Assembly (NCBI GenBank): GCA_964228805.1
Contig: CAXRBE010000121.1
Coordinates: forward strand, 4,889-68,888
Length of the DNA: 64,000 nucleotides
From: Burkholderiaceae bacterium
Lineage (GTDB): Bacteria > Pseudomonadota > Gammaproteobacteria > Burkholderiales > Burkholderiaceae_C
Direction of reading: 5' to 3'
Shown: positions 19,847-29,914 of the stretch, piece by piece
Position numbering within the stretch: position 1 is the first letter of the stretch
How the letters are laid out: each line of letters starts with the position of its first letter
Notes under the pieces: model-generated
Databases searched by the model: none
The model's input: only the letters and a program-made list of their open reading frames with translations
What the model was told of the DNA's origin: nothing
Program-made: the position numbers and the translations under genes

Positions 19847-20749
19847 ATGAATGCACGCCTGACTTTTCCGGTTGCCCTGTTGCTGACCGTGCCACCCCTG
19901 ATGTGGTCGGGCAATGTCATTGTCGCGCGCATGGTGAGTGAACTGGTGCCGCCCCTGACACTCAACTTCCTGCGCTGGTTGCTGGCTTTTTTACTGATGC
20001 TGCCTTTCTGTCTGGCCATCTTGCGCCCTGGCAGCGCCTTGTGGCCAGCCTGGCGACGCTTTCTCCTGCTGGGCTTGGTCGGTGTGGGTGCCTACAACGC
20101 CTTGCAGTACATGGCCCTGCGCACTTCCAGCCCGATCAATGTGACTCTGGTGGCTGCCAGCTCGCCGGTCTGGATGCTGTTGATCGGCCGCCTGTTTTTT
20201 GCTGCTTCAATTTCTCGCCGCCAGTTACTCGGTGCCCTGCTGTCGATCGCCGGCGTGCTGCTGGTTCTGGGACGGGGGCAGGCGCAATTTCTGCTCAGCG
20301 TGCGGCTGGTGCCGGGTGATCTGTACATCCTGCTGGCCGCCATGATCTGGGCCTGGTACAGCTGGCTGCTGGCCCAGGGCGGGCGTGAACCCACAGAAAT
20401 TCGCTCGGACTGGATGTTTTTCCTGATGGCCCAGATGGTGTTTGGCCTGGGCTGGTCGGCGCTGTTTGTCGTTGGCGAATGGACCCTGACCGAGGCGCAC
20501 ATTGTCTGGGGCTGGCCGCTGGCAGCAGCGCTTCTGTTTGTTTCCCTGGGCCCGGCCATGCTGGCCTACCGCTGCTGGGCTTCAGGCGTGCGACAGGCCG
20601 GCCCTACCGTGGCCAGCTTTTTTGCCAATCTCACGCCCCTTTTCACTGCGGTGCTCTCATCCCTGCTGCTGGGTGAACTCCCCCAGGCCTACCATGGCCT
20701 GGCATTTGGCCTGATTGTGTCCGGGATCGTGATATCGTCGCGTCGTTGA
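19847..20749 (+). CDS. DMT/EamA family transporter
   Basis: About 10 hydrophobic segments; two EamA repeats. Confidence 0.85.
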   Translation: MNARLTFPVALLLTVPPLMWSGNVIVARMVSELVPPLTLNFLRWLLAFLLMLPFCLAILRPGSALWPAWRRFLLLGLVGVGAYNALQYMALRTSSPINVTLVAASSPVWMLLIGRLFFAASISRRQLLGALLSIAGVLLVLGRGQAQFLLSVRLVPGDLYILLAAMIWAWYSWLLAQGGREPTEIRSDWMFFLMAQMVFGLGWSALFVVGEWTLTEAHIVWGWPLAAALLFVSLGPAMLAYRCWASGVRQAGPTVASFFANLTPLFTAVLSSLLLGELPQAYHGLAFGLIVSGIVISSRR

Positions 20750-20789
20750 GGCATAAGCCGGTCTTGTTCATTCAAGGGACAACAGCACC

Positions 20790-21293
20790 ATGCGACCAAA
20801 AAAATTCACCACTGCTTCATTGTTGGGTGCACTTTCTCTGCTGCTGGCAGCCTGCAGCAATATGGGTGTCCCGCTGGAGGGCAGCAAGGACAGCAATGCG
20901 GCCAACCAGGGGGTATCGGCCAGCGAACTGACCACGGCTGGCCAGTTACCACCCGGCGGAGCCAAGATTGACTACGAGAAATCTCTGATTTTTGGCTCGG
21001 GTCAAAACTGGATGGGGCGTCTGAACCTGGAGCTGAACCAGGCCGGCAGCGCCGCCTACAGCTTCTTCCTGGAACAATATCCGCGTCAGGGTTGGCTGCT
21101 GGTGAGCGCGGTGCGCGGCAAGACCAGCCTGCTGGTCTTCACCAAGCCTGATCGCAGCATCACCGTAGAGCTGACCGAGGGAGGCTTTCTTGGCGGCAGC
21201 GCAGCCGTGCTGACCGTGATGCCCAGAAGCGCGCTGCCAGAGCCACCCCCCCAGGGCGGGGCAGGTGCCGCGCCCGGGACGCGCCGGCCTTAG
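20790..21293 (+). CDS. Hypothetical lipoprotein
   Basis: Signal peptide with lipobox LAAC. Confidence 0.7.
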   Translation: MRPKKFTTASLLGALSLLLAACSNMGVPLEGSKDSNAANQGVSASELTTAGQLPPGGAKIDYEKSLIFGSGQNWMGRLNLELNQAGSAAYSFFLEQYPRQGWLLVSAVRGKTSLLVFTKPDRSITVELTEGGFLGGSAAVLTVMPRSALPEPPPQGGAGAAPGTRRP

Positions 21294-21311
21294 GCAGGCC
21301 AAGCACCCTGG

Positions 21312-22100
21312 TCAGTAAGTGCCTGGGTAGGCGCCGCCATCGGCCAGCACATTCTGGCCGTTGATATAGCCCGCCTGCTGGCTGCAAAGGAAAGCGCAAA
21401 TCGCGCCAAACTCCTCAGAGGTGCCAAAGCGTTGTGAGGGGATGGTTTTCTTGCGTGCCTCGGCCACATCGTCCGTACTTTTACCAGTCTTCTGGGCGGC
21501 GTTGCTCAGATTGGCTTTCAGACGGTCAGTGTCAAAGGAACCCGGCAAGAGATTGTTGATGGTGATGCCACAGGCGGCAATTTTTGGATTGCGCGCAACA
21601 CCTGCAACAAACCCGGTCAGGCCGCTGCGTGCGCCATTGGACAGGCCCAGGATATCGATGGGTGCCTTCACCGCACTGGAGGTGATATTGACGATGCGGC
21701 CAAAGCCGCGTGCGGCCATGCCGTCCACCGTGGCCTTGAGCAGTTCGATCGGGGTCAGCATATTGGCATCGACGGCCTTGATCCAGGCCTCGCGGTCCCA
21801 GTCGCGGAAGTCGCCTGGGGGTGGCCCGCCGGCATTGGTGACCACAATGTCGAAATCCTTGCGCTGTGAAAAAATCGCTTCGCGCCCGGCCACGCTGGTG
21901 ATGTCAGTGGCCACCGCAATCACCTGCACTCCGCTGGCCTGGGCCTTGATCTTGGCGGCGGCGGCCTGCAGCGCTTCAGCCCCGCGAGCCACGATCAGCA
22001 CATTCACGCCCTCATTGGCCAGCGCTTGCGCACAACCAAAGCCCAAACCCTTGCTGGCGCCGCCCACCAGCGCCCACTTGCCTGCGATACCCAAATCCAT
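21312..22100 (-). CDS. SDR family oxidoreductase
   Basis: GGASKGLG, TNAGGPPPG and GRIVNITS motifs. Confidence 0.9.
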   Translation of the reverse strand: MDLGIAGKWALVGGASKGLGFGCAQALANEGVNVLIVARGAEALQAAAAKIKAQASGVQVIAVATDITSVAGREAIFSQRKDFDIVVTNAGGPPPGDFRDWDREAWIKAVDANMLTPIELLKATVDGMAARGFGRIVNITSSAVKAPIDILGLSNGARSGLTGFVAGVARNPKIAACGITINNLLPGSFDTDRLKANLSNAAQKTGKSTDDVAEARKKTIPSQRFGTSEEFGAICAFLCSQQAGYINGQNVLADGGAYPGTY

Positions 22101-22153
22101 GATGTGTCCTTGTTGAAAAGAAAACGGTTGAACGACCGCGATGATAAGGTCAG

Positions 22154-23050
22154 TCAGGCCTTGACTGACTTGCTGAACACATAAATGCCGGCGATCACCA
22201 GCATCGTGCCCGCGGCCAGCCAGGCAGTGAAGGGCTCATCCAGCAGCCAGACACCCAGCAGGATGGTTGACAGCGGCCCGACCATGCCCACCTGGGCTGT
22301 CAGGCGAGCACCGATGCGCTCGATGCCCATCATCACCAGCAACACCGGCACCGCCGTGCAGGCGGTGGCATTGAGCACAGACAGCCACAGCACCTCGGGC
22401 GCCACCAGCGCAGCTTGCAGCGGACGCAGCAGCAGAAATTGCCCGATGCACAAAAGGCAGGCCACGCTGGTGGCCAATCCAACCAGGCGCAGCGAACCCA
22501 GGCGGCGCACCAGCTCGCCGCTATAGGTCAGGTACACCGCATAGCTGATGGCGCTGCCAAACACCAGCAGTGAACCCAGGGCCACATCCCGACCAGCCAC
22601 ACTGAGCTCCTGACCCACCACCAGCAACATGCCAGCGTAGCTCGCTGCAATGCCCAGCATCTGCCTGCCCGAAATGGTCTGGCCAAAAAGAACTCGTCCA
22701 AGCAGCAGCACCAGGGTCGGCGTGAGGTAGATGATCAGCCGCTCCAGTGATGCCGAGATGTAGATCAGTCCGGCAAAGTCAAGGAAGCTGGCCAGGTAAT
22801 AGCCGCAAAAGCCCAGGCCCAGCACGAGCCAGCGCTCGCTGGAGTTGAGCCGGGGCTTGTTGCGGCTGGCCCACCAGGCCATGGCGGCAAACAGTGGCAG
22901 CGCAAACAACATGCGGTACATGATCAGCGTGACCGCATCGACATCGTAGCGGTAGGCCAGCTTGATGATGACGGCCTTGCCAGAAAAGGCAATCGAGCCC
23001 ACCGCCGCCAGCAGCAAGCCGGTGCCCAGGCCGCGCGCCGGGGCTTTCAT
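22154..23050 (-). CDS. DMT/EamA family transporter
   Basis: Ten TM segments; GYYLASFLDF and LERLI motifs. Confidence 0.85.
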   Translation of the reverse strand: MKAPARGLGTGLLLAAVGSIAFSGKAVIIKLAYRYDVDAVTLIMYRMLFALPLFAAMAWWASRNKPRLNSSERWLVLGLGFCGYYLASFLDFAGLIYISASLERLIIYLTPTLVLLLGRVLFGQTISGRQMLGIAASYAGMLLVVGQELSVAGRDVALGSLLVFGSAISYAVYLTYSGELVRRLGSLRLVGLATSVACLLCIGQFLLLRPLQAALVAPEVLWLSVLNATACTAVPVLLVMMGIERIGARLTAQVGMVGPLSTILLGVWLLDEPFTAWLAAGTMLVIAGIYVFSKSVKA

Positions 23051-23095
23051 TGCTGTGGCTCCATCGCCCGGCATGCTGCCTGGGGGTGTTCCATC

Positions 23096-24718
23096 TCAGA
23101 AGCCTGCTGCCAGACCGTCGCGTCGGGAGTCGCTGGCCACCACATAGCCATGTACCTGGGGCTCGCCGGCACGCCAGATGAACTGGCCGGAGCCAAAGTC
23201 CTGGTAGGAATCGTTGATCACTTCCATGCGGTGGCCACGTTCGGCCAGGCCTTGCACCGTGGCGCTGTCCATGCCGGACTCCACATTGATCTCCAGGCCG
23301 GCGTTGTATCTCCAGCGCGGCGCATCGCAGGCTGCCTGCGGGTTTTGCCGGTAGTCCAGCATGCGCACCAGTGTCTGCAGATGTCCTTGCGGTTGCATAT
23401 TGGCTCCCATCACGCCAAAGCTCATCACCGGCTGCCCGTCCCGGGTGAGAAAGGCTGGGATGATGGTGTGGAAGGGGCGCTTGCCCGGCGCCACCAGATT
23501 GGCCGGGTTGAGTCCCCTGGGATCAAGGCTGAAACCGTGGCCGCGGTTTTGCAGGCTGACACCAAAGTTGGGTTCCACACAACCCGAGCCAAAGCCCATG
23601 TAGTTGCTCTGGATGAAGCTGACCATCATGCCGTTTTCATCGGCCGCGCTCAGATAGATGGTGCCGCCCTTGACCGGATTGCCTGCGCCGAAGTCTTGCG
23701 CGCGCTTCATGTCGATCAGCCTGGCGCGCGAGGCCAGGTAGCTCTCATCCAGCAGCTGCCCGGCAGTCACTTCCATGTCTTGCGCCTCGGCCACATAGCG
23801 GTAGACATCAGCAAAAGCCAGCTTCATGGCCTCGATTTGCAAGTGCTGCGAGTCCACCCCATCCACTGCCAAGGCAGGCAGATCGAAGCGGTCGAGGATG
23901 CCCAGTGCAATCAGGGCCGCGATGCCCTGGCCGTTGGGCGGGATTTCATGCACGGTGTAGCCGCGGTAGTTTTTGCTGATCGGCTGCACCCACTGGGGCT
24001 GATAAGCAGCGAAGTCGCTGGCCTTGAGGCTGCCCCCATGCTGGTCTGAAAATTTTTCGATGGCCTGCGCAATCTCACCGCCGTAGAAAGCCTGGCCCAT
24101 GCTCTGGGCAATGGCGCGCAAGCCCTGGGCTGCCGCCTTGAACTGGAACAACTCGCCCACCTCGGGCGCCCGGCCCCAGGGCAGAAAGGCCTGGGCAAAG
24201 CCAGGCTGGCCTTGCAATTCGGGTGTGGCCGCAGCCCATTTCTGCTGCACCACCACCGGCAGCAGGTAGCCGCGCTCGGCGATCTCGATGGCTGGCTCCA
24301 GCAAATCGGCAAAGGGCAACTTGCCAAAGCGCTCGCTCAGGGCCACCCAGCTGGCCACAGCGCCTGGCACGGTGACCGAGTCAAAGCCCCGCTTGGGCGG
24401 GTTGATCGGTGCTGCACCGTATTTGCCCCGGAAGTAGTCCAGGGTCCAACTCTTGGGCGCGCGCCCAGAGGCGTTGAGGCCGTGCAGCTGCTGGCCGTCC
24501 CAGATGATGGCAAAGGCATCGCTGCCCAGGCCATTGCTCACCGGTTCAGTGATGGTGAGGACGGCTGCTGCGGCGATGGCCGCATCCACCGCATTGCCGC
24601 CTTTCCACAGCATGCGCAGCCCCCCCTGCGAGGCCAGCGGGTGTGAGGTCGACACCACATTGCGTGCAAACACGGGCAGTCGGGTGGTGAGGTAGGGATT
24701 GTTGAAATTGAACTGCAT
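23096..24718 (-). CDS. Gamma-glutamyltransferase family Ntn-hydrolase (YwrD/HpxW-like, no signal peptide)
   Basis: GGNAVDAA, PPNGQG, GGTIYL (catalytic Thr), PGKRPFHTIIP and QPQGH motifs. Confidence 0.9.
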   Translation of the reverse strand: MQFNFNNPYLTTRLPVFARNVVSTSHPLASQGGLRMLWKGGNAVDAAIAAAAVLTITEPVSNGLGSDAFAIIWDGQQLHGLNASGRAPKSWTLDYFRGKYGAAPINPPKRGFDSVTVPGAVASWVALSERFGKLPFADLLEPAIEIAERGYLLPVVVQQKWAAATPELQGQPGFAQAFLPWGRAPEVGELFQFKAAAQGLRAIAQSMGQAFYGGEIAQAIEKFSDQHGGSLKASDFAAYQPQWVQPISKNYRGYTVHEIPPNGQGIAALIALGILDRFDLPALAVDGVDSQHLQIEAMKLAFADVYRYVAEAQDMEVTAGQLLDESYLASRARLIDMKRAQDFGAGNPVKGGTIYLSAADENGMMVSFIQSNYMGFGSGCVEPNFGVSLQNRGHGFSLDPRGLNPANLVAPGKRPFHTIIPAFLTRDGQPVMSFGVMGANMQPQGHLQTLVRMLDYRQNPQAACDAPRWRYNAGLEINVESGMDSATVQGLAERGHRMEVINDSYQDFGSGQFIWRAGEPQVHGYVVASDSRRDGLAAGF

Positions 24719-24838
24719 GGTCGTTGGATGGGAGGGCGTCGGGCTTGGTGGTGATGAGGGGCTGCAGCGGCCTGCGAAGGCCTGGCCACAGCCGGTTGGC
24801 GAATGGGCGAAGCTGTTGGACTTCAGCCGGGCCTGGAA

Positions 24839-25798
24839 TCAGTCTGAACTGATCTTGCGCTCGCTGATGATTTTCTTCCACTTGGCATGATCAGCCCGCA
24901 CCATGCTGGCGAAGGCCTGAGGCGTGCCGCCGGTGGGTTCAGCCCCCAGGCGCATGAAACGATCCTTCAACTCAGGCTCGGCCAGCGCCGCATTGAGCGC
25001 CTGATTGAGTTTGCTCACAATGTCTGCGGGAAGATCTTTCGGGCCATAGACACCAAACCAGGTGACCGACTCGAACCCCGGTAACAACTCGGATACCGCC
25101 GGCAGCTCGGGTGCCAGGGCGCTGCGCTTGGGGCTGGTCACAGCCAGGGCGCGCAATTTGCCATCGCGGACATGGGGCATGCCCGACACCACCGAATCGA
25201 ACAAAACATCCACCTTGCCGCTGATCAGATCGGGAATCGACAGGCCGGTGCCACGATAGGGGATATGGACCATGAAGGTGCCAGTCTGGGCCTTGAAGAC
25301 CTCGGTGGAAAGGTGCGAGATGCCGCCGTTGCCACTGGAGGCGTAGTTGAGCCGGCCCGGGTTCTTGCGAACATGTTCAATGAATTCACGCAGGTTTTTT
25401 GCCGGCGAGCTCAGGGGCACCAGAACCACCTGCGGTGAATTGGCCACATAGACAATGGGTGTGAAGTCGGTTTCTGGGTTGTACGACATCTTCGGGTTCA
25501 TGGCAGGCCCGATGCTGTGCGTGCTGGAGGTGGTCAGCAGCAGGGTGTAGCCATCGGGCGCCGCCTGCGCTCCGGCCAGGGCACCGATGGTGCCACCGGC
25601 GCCAGGCTTGTTTTCGATCACGATCGACTGGCCAAGTTTTTTGCCCAGCTCTGTCGACAGCGCACGCGACAGGATGTCGGTGGCCCCGCCGGCGGGAAAA
25701 GGCACGATCAGGCGCAGCGGTTTGCTGGGGTAGCTCTGCGCCGCCGCACCCAGCACCAGGGTGGCGCCAACCAGGGCAAGGAGAGATTTGAATTTCAT
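24839..25798 (-). CDS. Bug/TctC substrate-binding protein
   Basis: VPFPAGGATD, ENKPGAGG, YASSGNGG and HIPYRG motifs. Confidence 0.92.
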   Translation of the reverse strand: MKFKSLLALVGATLVLGAAAQSYPSKPLRLIVPFPAGGATDILSRALSTELGKKLGQSIVIENKPGAGGTIGALAGAQAAPDGYTLLLTTSSTHSIGPAMNPKMSYNPETDFTPIVYVANSPQVVLVPLSSPAKNLREFIEHVRKNPGRLNYASSGNGGISHLSTEVFKAQTGTFMVHIPYRGTGLSIPDLISGKVDVLFDSVVSGMPHVRDGKLRALAVTSPKRSALAPELPAVSELLPGFESVTWFGVYGPKDLPADIVSKLNQALNAALAEPELKDRFMRLGAEPTGGTPQAFASMVRADHAKWKKIISERKISSD

Positions 25799-27087
25799 GA
25801 ATGACTTTCAGTGATTTTCTGGTGCAATTTTCGCAGAGACCACCACACGCTGAAGGCCACCAGCGGAACCGCCAGGGCCGAGCTGGTCTCCGGGCTCAGT
25901 GGCCAGCCCAGTGCGGCCGCCCCTTTGGCCAGGTAGGCAATCAAGCCCACCAGGTAGTAGGTGATGGCTGCCACCGACAGGCCCTCAACGGTGATCTGCA
26001 ATTTGAGCTGCAGGTCCTGCCGCTGGTTCATCGCCGCCAGCAAGGCCTGGCTGCTTTGTTGCTGTTCGATTTCCACGCGGGTGCGCAGCAGGTTGCTCAT
26101 GCGGGAAATGCGCTCCGACAAGGCCTGCTGCCGCCGGCGCGCCCAATCGCAAGTGTTCATGGCTGGGGTCAGGCGCCGGTCCATGAAGTCGCGGATGGTC
26201 TGCAATCCCTCCAGCCGGGCCTCGGCAATATCGGTGATGCGGCGGTTGACCAAGCCGAAATAGGCGTTGCTGGCGGAAAAGCGCGAGTGGGTGGCTGCGT
26301 AGTGGCTTTCCACCTCGCCGGCCAGCCGGGTCAGCCGATCCAGCAGTTCGGGCTCCTGCTCGCTTTGCGCGGTGCGAATGGCTTGGGCCAGCGAAGCCAG
26401 TTCGGTTTCGCCGCGCGAGAGCAGGGTGGCGGCGGCGCGCGCTGTGGGCAGGCCAAGCAAGGCGACCATGCGATAGGTTTCGATTTCCAGCAGGCGCTGC
26501 ACCAGGCGGCCCAGGCGTCGAGCCGACAGGTTTTGCAAGCCGCCTTCGGCAAAGACCAGGGCGCGTGAAAAACCATCGGGGTGCAGCGCCATATCGGTAT
26601 AGAACTCGGCGTGGCCATCAAGTACGGTGGAGCCAACCAGCATGTCTTCACGCAGGTGTCGGCGCACCAGCTCTCGGCGCTGCGCCTGCCCGGCACTCAG
26701 TACCCACAGATGCATGCTGCACAGGCATTCGCCTGGCAGTTTGGCCAGCCAGGCCTGCGGCACGGCGGCCATGGCCTGGGGCAGATCCTGATTGCTCATC
26801 AGGGATTCATCCAGGGGTTGCAGGATGGTGTAGGTGACAAACTCGGTATGCAGCTCCCAGCGCAGACGAAATGCGCCTAAGTCCACCCGCAGGTGACTGG
26901 CCTGGGCCTCCGGAGGTGGCAGGTGATGGTCGCGCAAAAGCGCTGCCAGGTGAGCCCGGCTGCTGTCGTGCTGGCTGGCATCGGACAGCATCACAAAGTG
27001 CGTGATGGCCAGAGGCGTGCCCATGGTCTCGGGCGGACGGGCATGCACCTCATTGTGCAAGGCGTAGCGCTGGGCAAAGTCTTTCAT
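25795..27087 (-). CDS. DUF3422 family membrane-anchored protein
   Basis: HNEVHARP, RWELHTEF, GRLVQRLLEIETYR and QITVEGLSVAAITYY motifs; two C-terminal TM segments. Confidence 0.85.
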   Translation of the reverse strand: MKDFAQRYALHNEVHARPPETMGTPLAITHFVMLSDASQHDSSRAHLAALLRDHHLPPPEAQASHLRVDLGAFRLRWELHTEFVTYTILQPLDESLMSNQDLPQAMAAVPQAWLAKLPGECLCSMHLWVLSAGQAQRRELVRRHLREDMLVGSTVLDGHAEFYTDMALHPDGFSRALVFAEGGLQNLSARRLGRLVQRLLEIETYRMVALLGLPTARAAATLLSRGETELASLAQAIRTAQSEQEPELLDRLTRLAGEVESHYAATHSRFSASNAYFGLVNRRITDIAEARLEGLQTIRDFMDRRLTPAMNTCDWARRRQQALSERISRMSNLLRTRVEIEQQQSSQALLAAMNQRQDLQLKLQITVEGLSVAAITYYLVGLIAYLAKGAAALGWPLSPETSSALAVPLVAFSVWWSLRKLHQKITESHS

Positions 27088-27178
27088 GGCCGATCAGAGA
27101 AAGGATAGGGTAGACGGTATTGTCAATTGTCGCAGCGATTTCTTCAGCCAAAGCGCAGGCCCCTACAATCCAGACCGC

Positions 27179-27946
27179 ATGTTTTTACTGTCTAAACTGA
27201 TCGCTTTGCTGACCCAGCCTTTGCATTGGGTTGTGCTGTTGATGGTGTGGGGCCTGTTGCGCATGCGTCGTCATGTTCGCCAGGCTCGCCATGCTTTCAT
27301 TGCCGCCTTGTTGATTGTGCTGCTGGCTGGCTGGTTACCCCTGCCCGATGCCTTGTTGCGAAGACTGGAAAAAACGCACGCAGCCCCCACCCAGGCTGAG
27401 TTGTCTCGATTTTCCGGCGTGGTGGTGCTCGGAGGCGCGACCGAGGCGTCTTATGTCTGGGAGGGTCATGACCAGCCCGCCCTGAATGGGGCTGCAGAGC
27501 GCATGACCGCCCCACTACCCTGGCTGCGCGAGCAGCCGCATAGAAAGTTGCTCTTTACTGGCGGGGAGGGGGCACTGATTGGTGGGGCGCTCAGTGAAGC
27601 CGAGCGGGCGCACCGCTTTTTCACCAGCATGGGTGTGCCAGACACGCAATTGTTGTTGGAGGATAAGTCGCGCAACACCTATGAGAACGCGTTGTTGAGC
27701 GCCCAGTTACCTGGTGTCGACAAGGCCCAACCCTGGCTGCTGGTGACCTCGGCCTGGCACATGCCGCGCTCGCTGGCCGCTTTCCAGCGCGCAGGCTGGA
27801 ATGTCACGCCCTGGCCGGTCGATTACTGGGCTGGCAACCAGACCCCCTGGATGCAATATTCCTTGGTGCAGGGCGTTGGCCGTTGGCAAGTCGCCCTGCA
27901 CGAGCACCTGGGCCTACTGGCCTATCGATTCAGCGGGCGCCTCTGA
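27179..27946 (+). CDS. YdcF/ElyC (DUF218) family protein
   Basis: VVVLGG, FTGG, SRNTYENA and LVTSAWHMPRS motifs. Confidence 0.88.
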   Translation: MFLLSKLIALLTQPLHWVVLLMVWGLLRMRRHVRQARHAFIAALLIVLLAGWLPLPDALLRRLEKTHAAPTQAELSRFSGVVVLGGATEASYVWEGHDQPALNGAAERMTAPLPWLREQPHRKLLFTGGEGALIGGALSEAERAHRFFTSMGVPDTQLLLEDKSRNTYENALLSAQLPGVDKAQPWLLVTSAWHMPRSLAAFQRAGWNVTPWPVDYWAGNQTPWMQYSLVQGVGRWQVALHEHLGLLAYRFSGRL

Positions 27947-27987
27947 TTCCATCCGGTTCTAGGTCCTGAGCGGACTGAGCCTACAGG

Positions 27988-28914
27988 CTACTGCAGCCGG
28001 ATTTTCTGCTCTACTGGCCCCACCTTGTTGAGGGTCCATTCCGTCATGGAGCCGTCATACAGCTTGGCCTGCTTATTGCCCAGGATTTCACTGGAAACAA
28101 ACCAGCCAATCGAGGCCAGGTGCCCAGTGTTGCAGAAATTGACTTGTTCACCTTGGGTGGGCACTGCGGCAACCCTGTAGAGTTGCTCCATCTGCTCCTT
28201 ATTGCGGAACATGCCACCCGCATTATCGGTGGTCCACAGCGCCGGCAGGTTACGCGCGCCTGGCAAAGTGCCATTCATGCTGGCCTTGGGGTTGCGGTTG
28301 ATGCCGACAAACTGGTCTTCTGGCCGGTTGTCCACCATCAGTACGCCGCGTCCCATGGCAGCTTTCACATCCTCGGCACTAGGCACCATGTCTTGGCGCA
28401 GCTTGACTGTGAAAGTCTTGGCCGCGGCCTGCACCGCGCCGGCCTGCAGCGGATTGGTCTTGTCCTTGGCCCAGGCCGCCATGCCGCCGTTGAGAATGGA
28501 GACCTGATCATGGCCAAAGACCTTGAAGGTCCAGTAAATGCGGGTGGCCCATCCCATATCGCCATGGTTGCGGCCCGGCGGTATCAGCACCACATGCGAG
28601 TGGTTGTCGATGCCCAGAGCGCCGATATGAGTCGCCAGCTTGCTGGTATCAGTAGGCAACATATCGGGCACCTTGTCGGCGCGTTCCTGTCGCCAGCCGG
28701 ACTTGTCGAAATCGGTGTGTACCGCGCCGGGAATATGGGATTTCAGGTAGTCGCCCGGATGCTGGACATCCAGCACCACCAAGCCGGGCTTGCCCAGATT
28801 GGCTTTGAGCCAGGCTGTGTCGACCAAGGGCTCGGCCGCCAGAGCCGGGCGCAGACAGATAAGCAGGAAGGCCGCCAAACAGGCACCCAGCCAACGAGTC
28901 GAAAATATTTGCAT
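27988..28914 (-). CDS. Tandem-domain rhodanese/sulfurtransferase with signal peptide
   Basis: HIPGAV, ILNGG, active-site loop FCNTGHLAS and LYDGSMTEW; N-terminal signal ending ALA-AE. Confidence 0.87.
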   Translation of the reverse strand: MQIFSTRWLGACLAAFLLICLRPALAAEPLVDTAWLKANLGKPGLVVLDVQHPGDYLKSHIPGAVHTDFDKSGWRQERADKVPDMLPTDTSKLATHIGALGIDNHSHVVLIPPGRNHGDMGWATRIYWTFKVFGHDQVSILNGGMAAWAKDKTNPLQAGAVQAAAKTFTVKLRQDMVPSAEDVKAAMGRGVLMVDNRPEDQFVGINRNPKASMNGTLPGARNLPALWTTDNAGGMFRNKEQMEQLYRVAAVPTQGEQVNFCNTGHLASIGWFVSSEILGNKQAKLYDGSMTEWTLNKVGPVEQKIRLQ

Positions 28915-28948
28915 GATGGTTCTCCTTGAAGTGACTTGCTAAAAATCC

Positions 28949-29899
28949 TTACTTAGGCAACACCGCCCCTTTGCGTTCGACAATCATCCGATACTGCTCG
29001 GGCTCGCGATGGCGGGCGAAATTGAAGGTGGTTTTCTTGTAGGAATTGCACAGGTTCAGGTCGCAGCGGGCGATGGCGAGCTCGTCACCCAGGGTGGTGC
29101 AGGCGGCGACAATTTCGCCTGAGGGCGCGACGATGATCGAATTGCCGATCTGGTCCACACCCTCCTCGCAGCCAGCCTTGGCCACGCCCACCACCCAGGT
29201 GCCGTTCTGATAGGCGCCAGACTGCATGACCAGCTCGTTGTGGAAGTTGGACAGCGCGTCATGCTCGGGCGCGGGCGGGTTGTGCACTGGCGTGTTGTAG
29301 CCCAGCAGCACCATCTCCACGCCTTGCAGCCCCATCACCCGGTAGGTTTCGGGCCAGCGTCGATCGTTGCAGATCGCCATGCCGTACAGGCCAGCGCTGC
29401 CTTCGTTCAGGGGTGCGCGCACTACCGGCCAGCTCAGATTGCCGACCTCGAAGTAGCGCTTTTCCAGATGCTGAAAGCGTCGCCAAGGCTCGTGCTCGGC
29501 ATGGCCCGGTAGGTGGATCTTGCGGTACTTGGAAATGATCTCGCCACTCTTGTTGACCAGGATGGAGGTGTTGAAGCGGCGTGTGCGTCCGCCCTCCACC
29601 ACCAGTTCCGCATAGCCGAGGTAAAAGCCCATGCCCAGGGCGCGCGCATGGTCAAACAAGGGCTGGGTCTCGCGCCCAGGCATGTTGCGCTCGAAAAAGA
29701 CGTCGATCTCTTCCTGCTTTTCGAAATACCAGCGTGGGAAAAAGGTGGTGAGCGCCAGTTCTGGAAATACCACCAGGTCGCAGCCATGGCGTTTGGCCTT
29801 CTGCATCAGCGACAACAGGCGGGTGACCACCTGGTGCCGGCTTTCAGTGCGGGCGATGGGGCCAAGCTGGGCCGCGCCGACGGTGACGATGCGGGTCAT
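28949..29899 (-). CDS. N-carbamoyl-D-amino-acid hydrolase (nitrilase superfamily)
   Basis: VFPELALTTFFPRW, YRKIHLPGH, HLEKRYF and ICNDRRWPE (Glu-Lys-Cys triad). Confidence 0.9.
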   Translation of the reverse strand: MTRIVTVGAAQLGPIARTESRHQVVTRLLSLMQKAKRHGCDLVVFPELALTTFFPRWYFEKQEEIDVFFERNMPGRETQPLFDHARALGMGFYLGYAELVVEGGRTRRFNTSILVNKSGEIISKYRKIHLPGHAEHEPWRRFQHLEKRYFEVGNLSWPVVRAPLNEGSAGLYGMAICNDRRWPETYRVMGLQGVEMVLLGYNTPVHNPPAPEHDALSNFHNELVMQSGAYQNGTWVVGVAKAGCEEGVDQIGNSIIVAPSGEIVAACTTLGDELAIARCDLNLCNSYKKTTFNFARHREPEQYRMIVERKGAVLPK

Positions 29900-29914
29900 G
29901 TGCTCAATCTTTCA

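Noticed and set aside
24719-24838. GC-rich 120-bp spacer between the Bug and GGT genes as a riboswitch or ncRNA
   Set aside because: Only short, weak stems; no recognisable riboswitch consensus and no second copy noticed.
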